From Octopus sinensis (Eukaryota): a stretch of 64,000 bases of DNA. Location of the stretch: positions 50,716,001-50,780,000 of the forward strand of contig NC_043010.1 in assembly GCF_006345805.1 (NCBI RefSeq), in the 5' to 3' direction. Made by a program: the position numbers and the translations under genes. The notes beneath the pieces were generated by a model. The model did no database searches. It was not told the DNA's origin and worked only from the letters and a program-made list of their open reading frames with translations. Positions 40,718-52,039 of the stretch are shown piece by piece (within the stretch, counting starts at the first letter, position 1; every line of letters begins with the position of its first letter).

Positions 40718-42595
40718 ATGTCACCACTCCTCTTTTGTTTAGCCTTAATACCTCTCTCAAAACTGCTCAATGACGCGCAGTACGGGTATAAAATGTTTGA
40801 TAAAAATATAAATCATCTCATTTACATGGATGATTTAAAGCTTTTTGCAAAAAATGACCAACAACTCAAGGGCTTACTAACGATAGTCAAACAATTCAGT
40901 GACGACATCAGAATGCAATGTGGCCTCGATAAATGTGCAAAAGCTACCTTTATCAAAGGAAAAATGACAGAAACATCTAACGTTAACCTTGACCAGCAGA
41001 ATGTCATAAAAGAACTAGACCCAGCGGAGAGCTACAAGTACCTAGGGGTAATTGAAAAGGACGGAATAAGGCATTCAGAAATGAAGGAAAGGATCAGGAG
41101 AGAATATTATCGAAGAGTGAGAGCAATACTCAAGACAGAGCTGAATGCAAGAAACAGGATCGAAGTGATCAATGCATTAGCCATGCCAATCGTGACTTAC
41201 AGTTTCAATATCGTTAACTGGTCAATTACTGAAATATGTCAGCTTGACAGAAAAATACGAAAACTGTTGACAATGCATAGAATGCACCACCCTAAGGCAG
41301 ATACAGAACGACTTTATCTGCCAAGAAAAGAGGGAAGCCGTGGTCTTTTACAACTGGCAATAACAATGAAGATTGCTACAATTGGCCTAGACACCTACCT
41401 GAAAAAGTCTGAGGACTGGATGTTAAAATTTGTCTCAAAACATGAAAACAAGAAAGCATCATACTCAGTAACAAAACAGGCAAAGGAATATCCAAGTTAA
41501 TTCCGAATACAACAAATTTCGGAATTAGAGATAGACATACAAGAAACAAGCACAGAAAAAGCTAAGCGCATGAAAATCCGTGCCAAAACTGCGGCCTTAG
41601 ATATTCTGAATAATAAATGGCAAGAAAAACCTCTCTATGGCAAATACCCAAAGAGAGCGAATAATGCAGATATTGACAAAGCCCTGACCCATAAATGGCT
41701 AATGGCCTCTGGCTTAAAATCTGAAACAGAAGGGTTTATCATAGCAGCTCAAGATCAATGCTTACCAACAAGAAACTACCAGGCCAACATATTAAAGAAC
41801 GGCAGTAGCCCAACATGTCGTGTATGTCGACAACAAAATGAAACCATTGATCATGTTGTCTCCAAATGCAGTCTTCTAGCGCCTACAGAGTACCTCAACA
41901 GGCATGACAGAGCTGCCCAATATATTCACTGGGTAATTTGCAAAAACCTGAATTTGCCCCATGAAAAAAACTGGTGGGAATACAATCCACCTCCAGTGCT
42001 TGAAAATGACCACATCTCACTCCTCTGGAACTTCACCATTCAAACTGACAGAAAGATAGATGCAAATAGGCCAGACATCATATTGAAAGACTTCAGACAA
42101 AGAACATGCCTCCTCATTGATATGACTGTCCCAATCGATATAAACGTATCTGTCAAGACCTACCAAAAACTGAGCAAATACTTGAAATAGAAATCAGCAA
42201 AATGTGGAACCTGAAGACTAAAACAATACCTGTTGTCATAGGTGCCCTGGGAATGATAGCGAAAGGGGCTGATTGCTACCTAACTCAGATACCAGGAAAC
42301 CCCAAAATGGCAGAAATTCAAAAGATAGTGCTCATGGGAACTGCTCATATCCTACGCAAAATACTCTCTATGTAATCCCAAGGTTTATAACGAACTTTTT
42401 TAAAAAATTTATTTATTAGACATTCACTAGTACAACACCAAAAAGAAAAAAAGGAAAAAAAGGAAAAAAAAACTAAATATATGGCACACTAGGCATAACA
42501 ACAACGTGAACTTCCAACCTGTTGTCTCTTGAGGTCTCTGGGTGAGACTTGGAGCCAACTTGTACAAACATAAAGCAAAAGTCAAACATAGAAAA
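40718..42595 (+). mobile_element. R4/Dong-like LINE, 5'-truncated within RT
   Basis: SPLLFC...YMDD...YKYLG RT motifs, CCHC, RPDII...LIDMTVP; pure (TAA)n on both sides; one stop and one frameshift. Confidence 0.92.
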
Positions 42596-42616
42596 ATAAT
42601 AATAATAGTAATAGTA

Positions 42617-42668
<52 letters not shown>

Positions 42669-42901
42669 TGATGATGATGATTATGATGATTATGATGATA
42701 ATAATAATAATAATAATAATAATTTTTTATGATTAATATCAGGAAATCAATATTAGAAAATTCTTCAGAAAGATATACACATGTGTAAAATAATTGTTGT
42801 ATTAGAAATATAAATATGTATAAATATATATGTAAATATGTAATAAGTATAAATACATAATGTATATGACAGCTTAAAAGTTTTGAATTAAGCATTTAAA
42901 G

Positions 42902-42993
42902 TATCTTACGATCGTTTTACAGAAGTGCTGTCCCTATAATGAAATCCTATATTGATAAGCATTTATAGACAACTCTTCTGCTCTTCAGAGATA
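42902..42993 (-). ncRNA. Hammerhead motif, decayed (GAAA->AAAA)
   Basis: tatct-CTGAAGA-gcagaagagttgtc[...]gacagcacttctgt-AAAA-cgatcg-TA|agata; helices I, II and palindromic III all present. Confidence 0.65.
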
Positions 42994-43224
42994 TAAAATT
43001 TGAATCTTGTATAACATATCGAATGGTAGTTTTTTTTTTTAATTTGATGTAATACTATAAAATGGTGTTTGTTTGAAATATAATTTAAAAATTAAAAATT
43101 TCTGCTTTTGATGAGAGTCTTTAAATCCATATATACTTCCTTGGTTAGTCTTCTGTAATAATCCTTAATATTCATATGTAAAATCCGTTATATTGTCTTG
43201 TATTCCAAATAAGGTCTGATGCAA

Positions 43225-43571
43225 AGAACCATCAAGATGTGAGCGTGTACTCTATATGTGATGGTGTACTAATGTACGCTCAGATCGTGGTCATACCACA
43301 GACATTACAAAAGAGAATGCTAAAAGAGTTCCATGTGGAACACCCAGACATCTCTAGAAAGAAAGCGCTGACGCGAAGTTTCATATGCTGGCCAAGCATG
43401 GACAAGGAAGTTGAAAACCTGGTAAAAGGCTGCAGAGGATGTGCACTGGAAACGGAACTACCAATTACAAAATGTAAACTTTGGCCAGAAGTGAAAACAT
43501 CATGGTTCCGATTGCATATTGATTTTGCAGGCCCGGTAAATGGATATTATTACTTAATAGTAGTGGACTAA
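43225..43571 (+). mobile_element. Gypsy LTR-retrotransposon integrase fragment
   Basis: HHCC zinc finger (EFHVEHP...GCRGC) followed by WFRLHIDFAGP...LIVVD. Confidence 0.85.
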
Positions 43572-43889
43572 CAACAAATAAGAATAGGACAAATATCTGT
43601 CAAAATGTAAATAATGTATATATATATACTTATAAAATGGTGTTTGTTTGAAATATAATTTAAAAATTAAAAATTTCTGCTTTTGATGGGAGGCGCAGAA
43701 GTGGCTGTGTGGTAAGTAGCTTGCTTACCAACCACATAGTTCCGGGTTCAGTCACACTGCGTGGCACCCTGGTCAAGTGTCTTCTACTATAGCCTCGGAC
43801 CGACCAAAGCCTTGTGAGTGGATTTGGTAGACGGAAACTGAAAGAAGCCCATGGTATATATGTATGTATATATTTATATATATATATAT

Positions 43890-44371
43890 ATATAAAAATT
43901 TATATTAAAATTAATATTAATTTATCTCCCTCATTATTTAAATATTGAAATAAATACGTTCTCTAGTACTAAGCACGAACCGCAGTGAATTATTTACTGC
44001 AGCCCTTCGCCTCAGAAATTTATTAGCGCGCCAGAATCAAGACATTTGAAATTTTATCACTAGTGTAATCGGTAAAGCTACACACGTGTCTGTGCTGGCA
44101 CGAAAGCTAGGGTTGGCTTTTCCGTTTACATTACTATGAACGGATGCACTGAAGAAGCACGGACATTTGGATTGCGTAAGTAATTCTCTTGTTAAGGCTG
44201 AAACCGAGGTATGCATTTAATTCTGTTTTTTATATAAATTCTCATCTGTCATGCCCGCCAAAGTTGGTTCTGGTGTTCGCTGTATTTTTCCTCTAGAGAA
44301 TTTCCTTGTAGTTTGACCGTTGATGGTCTATTTCTAGCATACGGCCGACTCCCTAGCAGTAAGCCCTGCCA

Positions 44372-44372
<1 letters not shown>
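43890..44372 (+). mobile_element. Short PLE-derived element carrying hammerhead 44144-44216
   Basis: Bounded by (TA)n; shares segments with 13120-13350. Confidence 0.55.
44144..44216 (+). ncRNA. Type-I hammerhead motif with enlarged helix II
   Basis: atgca-CTGAAGA-agc[38 nt]gct-GAAA-ccgagg-TA|tgcat; 5-bp helix I; core intact. Confidence 0.72.
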
Positions 44373-44465
<93 letters not shown>

Positions 44466-44492
44466 TTTATTTAAAGCAGCAGAAAATTCAAC

Positions 44493-44540
44493 AAAATCTG
44501 TTACTCTGAGTTTCTCGTTGCCGTTCATCAGACAGTTTTT
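44493..44540 (-). ncRNA. Minimal type-I hammerhead motif (inverted twin of 44559-44606)
   Basis: Reverse complement reads aaaaactgt-CTGATGA-acggcaacga-GAAA-ctcagag-TA|acagatttt. Confidence 0.8.
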
Positions 44541-44558
44541 GGCCCTCACATTTCTAGC

Positions 44559-44606
44559 AAAAGCTGTCTGATGAACGGCAACGAGAAACTCAGAGTAACA
44601 GATTTT
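44559..44606 (+). ncRNA. Minimal type-I hammerhead ribozyme motif
   Basis: aaaagctgt-CTGATGA-acggcaacga-GAAA-ctcagag-TA|acagatttt; helix I ctgt/acag plus aaaa/tttt; GNRA-capped short helix II; palindromic helix III; predicted cut after 44597 (GUA). Confidence 0.8.
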
Positions 44607-45039
44607 GTTGAATTTTCTGCTGCTTTAAATAAAGCATATCACTCTACCACTGGTATTTGAGTACTCTTTTTTCCACCTTGTTTCACATTTATGTGTTTAC
44701 TCCGGTATATATATATATATATATGCGTGTTTGTTTGTGTGTCTGTGTTTGTCACCCTAGCATTGCTTGACAACCGATGCTGGTGTGTTTACGTCCCCGT
44801 CACTTAGCTGTTCGGCAAAAGAGACCGATAGAATAAGTACTGGGCTTACAAAGAATAAGTCCCGGGGTCGAGTTGCTCGATTAAAGGTGGTGCTCCAGCA
44901 TGGCCGCAGTCAAATGACTGAAACAAGTAAAAGAGTAAAGAGTATATATACACACACACTCACACACACACAAAATCATACACATACGCAGACGTACACA
45001 AGCACTTACACACACACACACACACATTTATAGGCCAGC

Positions 45040-45509
45040 CATATAAACAGCGTTGTAAACTCGGTGTCGGTTCTTTTATATTAATTTTTAATGCCTCCGA
45101 TTTCTTTCCCTCCTTTTCATTCAAAGTAACAACCTAAAATGCTATATTACCCTCTGCTTCTTTCATCTTTCATAGTACACATTCTTCCGTTGTTGTTGTT
45201 TCCATTTATATATCTCTGCTGTTTTTGTTACATGTTTTGCTTCTCAAATTTATGGCCTGTATGTTTGTTTATTATTTCCATGCTTCATAATCTTAGATGT
45301 TATATTTGTATTCTGTTGTGTCTGGGGAGAGTAATTTTCTTTTTGTGCCTTGTAATTTAACACACTCACCGGTAAAATTTCCACTTATTTCTTATTTTTA
45401 TTTTCCTAAAATTTTCGTTGCGTCTTGCAACCTTTTCAATAAGTCCGTTATTCACACTGCGTTCTTTTTTGTTTGCTTGTGCGCATGTGTGTTGGTCAGT
45501 GTGTGTGTG

Positions 45510-45582
<73 letters not shown>

Positions 45583-45830
45583 CGTGTGTGCCTATGTATG
45601 CATGCAAACGGACAGAGTCAAGACTATTGAAAAGTTTGCAAGACGCAACGAAAATTTTAAGAAAATAAAAATAAGAAATAAGTGGAAATTTTACCGGTGA
45701 GTGTGTTACCTTATAAGGCACAAAAGGAAAATGACACAATAGAATATGCTTCAACACTCGAACTCATATAAAGAATCTTGCAAACCAAATTCAAAATCGA
45801 AAGATTATATTTGTATGTTTTATGTATATG
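45040..45830. mobile_element. Inverted pair of a repeat element around a (TG)n tract
   Basis: 45341-45447 is the near reverse complement of 45622-45725; contains gttgc-aagac-gcaac-gaaa hairpin. Confidence 0.6.
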
Positions 45831-45882
45831 TGTGTATGTGTTGGAACGTGTGTGAATGCGGTGGGACGTGTGCGCGCGCGAC

Positions 45883-45950
<68 letters not shown>

Positions 45951-45995
45951 CATATAAAAGTTTGCTTGTGTAAACAAATTTGTGTGCAAATATAT

Positions 45996-46560
45996 ACAGG
46001 CGGGGTTTTATTTTTTTCATTATTTTATTTGGATGGAAACATTTTAAAATCTAGTTTCAGAATCTTCTGAAGCAATGTCCTGGCGATGCCTAGTTGAGCA
46101 GAGGGACGACGGGTAGAGGCTGATGGATCCTCAAGGACACTCTGCTATACAGCTTCCACCGCTACGTCAGTGCGCGCAGTTTGCTTAAGACCTCTTCCTG
46201 GAAGATCGCCGACTGATCCAGTTCTTTCAAATTGGGTGATTAGGTTCTGAATCATGTTATCGCTAGGAGATACTCTAACCGCAAAAGGTTGCTGGTATTT
46301 TCTCTGAGTTTAAATAATTGATCTTTCACTGGAATAGAAAAACTCAATGAGTTTTACTCGTTGCTGGACATCATACGTAGCCATTTTAATATCCAAGGGA
46401 TGCTCTGTGACCTTGGTTCTCAAACTTTTTCAAAATTTTCGTCCTACGGAGCCCCTCCCATTTCTTCGAGGCTTCGTGGACCCTCACTCCAGCTCCAAAA
46501 TTAAAAAAATCGGAGATGGACAAAGCAAAATGAGCTTGTATAAAATAATTTTTCATGAGA
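45996..46560 (-). mobile_element. Tc1/mariner (DUF4817-type HTH) 5' fragment
   Basis: MATYDVQQRVKLIEFF...FERTGSVGD..GRG...STRR.SAQLGI with stops. Confidence 0.7.
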
Positions 46561-46589
46561 TAAAATTTTACTGATAAAATAAAAAATTT

Positions 46590-47940
46590 CAATGAGAAGA
46601 GTGAACTTGTTTGGTCTGTAATATGTCCTCAATATTAAATTACGTTTTTGATAATGCGACCCTCATGTCATGCGCAACATCCAATTTATTGTGAGCCTTT
46701 GTTTTAATTGCGAGTAAAGTTGCAAAAGCCGTCTCACATTCGTACTTTGTTGCGATGGAACGATGAATGTGAGGGCCAATTTGGTGACATCTGGATAGGA
46801 CTGCATCATTTCAATCCAGAATTCCCTGCAACACATGTCACGGAAGGCGTTTTTTGCACCTCCATCATAATCTTCTTACGGAAGGTCAACAACAGGGATT
46901 TCAAAGGAATTGGTGATGAAATGATGAACTTTTTCACAGTTTTGTAGGTCGGCGAAGTATCTTTGAATTTAATCGTGAAGAATTAAGATATACAGTTTCA
47001 TTATATCCTTTTCTATTCTAGGCACAAGGCCCGAAATTTTGGAGGAGTGGACCAGTCGATTAGACCGACCCCAGTACGCAACTGGTACTTAATTTATCGA
47101 CCCCGGCTGCTTCATTATATCGAGGATGTCAGCATCAACTTGAAGGCCATCTTCATCAAGGAAAGTTTTGAGGTTCGGAAATGGTGCAAAATTTTCACAT
47201 TGCAATTTAGAATGCCACGAATGGAGCTTCATTTTAAATGCAGTCATTTATTTTTTATGACAATGGACAACGGTGATGTTCTTTCCTTGTAGAGTTAAGT
47301 TAACATAATTAACTGATTCAAAAATATCGACCAAAAAGGAGAGACATATAAGGAACCGAGTATTAGAGAAGTATCTGTGCAGTTTTTTTAGCACCACGAC
47401 GAAATTCGTGTATCTCCTTTCTTAGAACGAAGACTCTTTTCCGTACTCTCCCCTTGGACAACCACCTCACATGCGAGTACAGTAAAAGCGTTACAAAATT
47501 AAAACATTGACCTTGCACAAGTCAGCAAAAATACGCGCGTTTAGAGAATTAGCTTTGATCAAATTTACCGTTTTGGCCACATCATTCAAAACATTGTTCA
47601 AATGGTCGGGCATTGTTTTAATCATCAATGCTTGGCGATGAAGTGTACAATGCGTACCAATTGCGTTAGGAGACTTCTCCTTTACCATTGTCCTGAAAGC
47701 CATAGCGGCAACCAAGCATTGATGGAACACTGTCGGCGCACACGCCAACAACGTGCTCCCAGTTTATGCCATGCGTGTTAAAGAATTGATCCACTTTCTG
47801 GAATATATCGTTTGCAGTGGTTCGGGTGTTGTAAGTCCTTATTCATGCATTTTCATAATTTTCTTTTACTTCAATATCCTAATTTTAGTCATTCAGTTGG
47901 ACTTGGGTGAAGTTTCTTACCATTGTAACGCCTTGTAGTT
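46590..47940 (-). mobile_element. hAT (Buster/Charlie-like) transposase remnant
   Basis: THCTLHRQAL, VRWLSKG, C-terminal FWIEMMQSYP...IKTKAHNKLDV..DMRVALS. Confidence 0.8.
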
Positions 47941-48184
47941 ACATTAAAAAAAGTTCAACTAAAAGTCGTTAGGTACCTTATGTAGAACGAACATCTTAAT
48001 TCTGACAGCGCTACTAGCTTGTCTTTTTATTGGCTTATTAGGTCCCTACTTATTGATGCAAACATAAAAAGTAAAATTAAAAATGAACTTATGATGACAA
48101 ATATGTTGAAAATATAGGTGGTGATGGTGAAAACAAATCGCAACCACTTCATAAACCACTCCTGCGGACTATATCATCAATGAG

Positions 48185-48803
48185 CCGGTGTTACTGCCGC
48201 TGAAACAACAAAGAATGTACCCCTGCCCAGACTATGGCCGGGGCTAGTCTGGGCTAGCCCAGACTATACACCCTCCAGACAGCCAGCCCAGACTATACCC
48301 CCTCCAGCCAGCCAGCCCAGAATATACCCCTGTCCAGACTACTTGCGGACAAATGACACAGATGTACCTGACTTATAAAAGTTGCCTCAGAACATATATA
48401 AAATTATCAAATGCAAATATTCAGTGTACCAATATAAACCCAATGTATAGGTAGATTGGAAAAAAATTAACGACTCTCGCATACAGCGCACCTGTACTGT
48501 GACTCATAGCCTAGACTCGCGCAAATATGACCATTCCTGTTGGATTTATATTGGTACATTTTAAAGCATTTTGCACTTGATAATTCTAAATTGCTATGTT
48601 TAAACCGAAATTTGCATGTAACTTTTAATTCTTCATTGAGTGATACCAAAATTTATATAAGTTCTGAGGCAACTTTTATAAGTGAGGTACATCTGTGTTA
48701 TTTGTCCGTAAGCATGGAGTATAATCTGGGCAGGGGTATATTCTGGCCTAGTTGTCTAGAGACGGTATAGTCAGGACAGGGGTATATTCTAGGTTGTTAC
48801 ACC
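48185..48803. mobile_element. Fold-back non-autonomous DNA element with subterminal tandem repeats
   Basis: Termini ggtgttac / gttacacc; repeated gcccagactatacccc units and their complement; inner inverted arms ~48345-48415 / 48645-48712. Confidence 0.65.
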
Positions 48804-49469
48804 ACCAATTTTCAATCTTGTTTAGAGTTGCTGCACTCATAACCCCTACCCGATCGATAAAGTAGCAGAGAGACGCCTGTATTCAAGTACCTGCGTGTAC
48901 GCCCTGCGCGCGTCGCCTCAAATGCATTCTATTTGTAAGGGTTGTTTTTAACACGTAAATTAGGGTTCCTGTGTAGTGCATGCTAAAACCGGAAAACCGA
49001 CGGTTTTGAACATTATAAATCTGAAAATTGGCGACATCCTTCGCGGACCCCTAAAATCGCTGCGTTTATATATACATGTGTGTGTGTGCACGAGAGTATG
49101 CGCAACCACGCTTGTACGTGTGCGCGTACGAACGCAGGTGTGCGCATGCGTACGTACGTAGGTGTGCGTATGTACATGTGCATGCGTACGTGAGTTCATG
49201 CTGTGTGTGTGAGGGAGTGAATGTATATATGTATGTGTGAGTGTTAGGTAGTGTATGTATGGGGATATAAATTAGACTACGTAAGGCATTCAATTTTCAG
49301 GGAGAAAACTCAACATACCAAAGTACAAAAGTTATTTCCCTTGAATTTTGTTTTTTATTAAGTTGATCTCTTTTTTTTTCTGTGAATTAATAACGATACG
49401 GGGTTCGAACTATGGAGAAAACCCCTATTTTTAAAGGGTATCTCGATCTTTTACTCATTTTACTCTCTC

Positions 49470-49912
49470 TTTTACTTGTTTCAGTCATTTGACTGCACCA
49501 TGCTGGAGCACCGCCTTCAGTCGAGCAAATCGACCCCAGGACTTATTCTTTGTAAGCCTAATACTTGTTCTATCGGTCACTTTTGCCGAACCGCTAGCTT
49601 ACGGGGACGTAAACACACCACCATCGATTGTCAAGCGATGTTGGGGGACAAACAAAGATACACAAACATATACACATACATACATACATACATACATACA
49701 TACATACATACATACATACATACATACATACATACATACATACATACATACATACGAGGGCTTCTTTCAGTTTCCGTCTAACAAATCCACTCACAACGCT
49801 TTGGTCGACCAGAGGCTATAGTAGAAGACACTTACCCAAGGTACCTCGCAGTGGGAATGAACCTGGAACCATGTGGTTCGTAAGCAAGCTACTTACCACA
49901 CAGCCACACCTG
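49470..49912 (-). mobile_element. tRNA-SINE family A
   Basis: Homology; internal (TACA)n. Confidence 0.85.
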
Positions 49913-50139
49913 CAAGAAATAACAAATTCTCCCTCGTTACACATATTTCCGTCGTATTAAAAGTAATAGGCCATATTGAATAATGTAGTCATAGACATAT
50001 TATGCCTACAAAAAAAAAACTCGAGGAGATGGTCACGGCTGGAAAATCTCTGATTAAAATTTTTTTATCTAAGCAGAGCTGATCTAGGGCTAGTAGCAAC
50101 AGAAATTAACAACACAAGGCTTTATAAGCGTTTCCTGAC

Positions 50140-50175
<36 letters not shown>

Positions 50176-50672
50176 AGAATAATAATTCTTTCTAACTTTG
50201 GGGAGGAAGCAAATGGATTACATCGACATCGGTACTTTACTGGTACTTTATTTCATCCATCCCCATCCCCAAAAGATGAAAGGCAAAGTCGACCTCGGCA
50301 GAATTTGAACTCAAGTTGTAAAAACGGACAAAAACCGCTAAGCATTTTGTCCGGATCGTTAATGATTCTGCCACGTCGCCATGTAGTACCAGGCAGTGAC
50401 TTTCATGGCTTTTGATCTTACCTGATTGTGAAGAGTTATCATGAAGCGCAGGAGTGGCTGTGTAGTAAGTAGCTTGCTTACCAACCACCTGCAAGGTCAT
50501 GCGTTGTTTATCTTGATATGAGATCACCATGTCGTGCACATATGGTTGTGATGCATGTGCCTGGTGTACCCTTATCAGACGGGTAGTCATCATGGGTATA
50601 CTGGGCTTCGTATATTTGTACCTCAGTGTCACTTTGATGGCATGCACTGATCTCCCACTCAATAATAATAAC

Positions 50673-50751
<79 letters not shown>

Positions 50752-50767
50752 TTTTTTTTTATTATTA

Positions 50768-50838
<71 letters not shown>

Positions 50839-51837
50839 TTATTATGATAATAATAATGCTAAGAGAGGAGCGCCAGCCTTGACAGTGGCTGGACGTATTC
50901 CTCACTGCTCTGATAATTCAGTAGCCGAAACCATAGAAACACTAATATGACCCAGTTTAGCAACGGGGAAAAATAACTCTCAAAGACTGGAACATCTACA
51001 ATATCTTGTGAGTATTTATACAAATTTACATATCTACAGCTTTCAAACATACATCCGATCAGCGTTAAAAACTTTAATACCCACAACTGCCTCTGTAAAC
51101 ACCCTTTTTTTTTCTTCTCTCTAAAAACATCACGCTTTTCTTTTTGTGGACTTACAAAACCTTAAAACTTTCTATGAAAATCTGACTTTTCTTTGCTTCC
51201 TCCCTGAATATTCAAATATAAATGTAAACATATACTTTTTATTGCAAAACACACCTGTTCTTCTAACTGGACATACAAACATCTCTAGAAAAGTCAACTT
51301 CAACCTCCACAATATTACCTTACACGAAATATACAAACACTTTTTATTGCAATAACACAAACGCACATGGAAAAAAAAATAATGATGCTAAGATTCTCTC
51401 TGGTCGAACACAACTTCTCTATTCACAAACAATACAGAACAGCCCTTCCTTAATTTTTCTTAAGGCTAGTAGTAGTAGACATTTGAACTTTTTTTTGACT
51501 GATAGGACCCCACCTAAAAAAAAAAAAGGAAAAAAATATCACTGATGGTGATGATGATACTAATGATAGTAATAGTGCTGATAATCTATCTATCTATCTA
51601 CACACACACACACACACTCACAGAGTTCAGCCAACACAAACCTCACCTCGGCTCTTTAGATGTTAACCAAATATGAAAGTATTATTTGACAGGCAAGAAT
51701 TCTGGCGTTGAAGACAGCCAGCCAGCCAACCACCCAGCCAGCCAACGAGACAGACAGACACTACTGTGATGGTGATAATGATAAAAAACAAAAATAACAA
51801 TAAGATACTGCTGTGACTACACATAGAACAATATCAT

Positions 51838-51885
<48 letters not shown>

Positions 51886-52039
51886 GAGGATGATGATGAT
51901 GATGATGATGATGGTGATGATGATAATGATGATAGTAATAGTGGTGATAATGATAATAGTGATAATAATGGTGATGATAATAACAATGATAAGCCGACTA
52001 CGGCTGCTATAATGGTACGATTATAATTGTAACGGCAAT

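Larger units (their letters stand above)
43690..44940 (+). mobile_element. tRNA-SINE family A split by insertions (head 43690-43860, tail 44725-44940)
   Basis: Head and tail are collinear; the intervening ~860 bp lie within the internal (TA)n. Confidence 0.75.
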
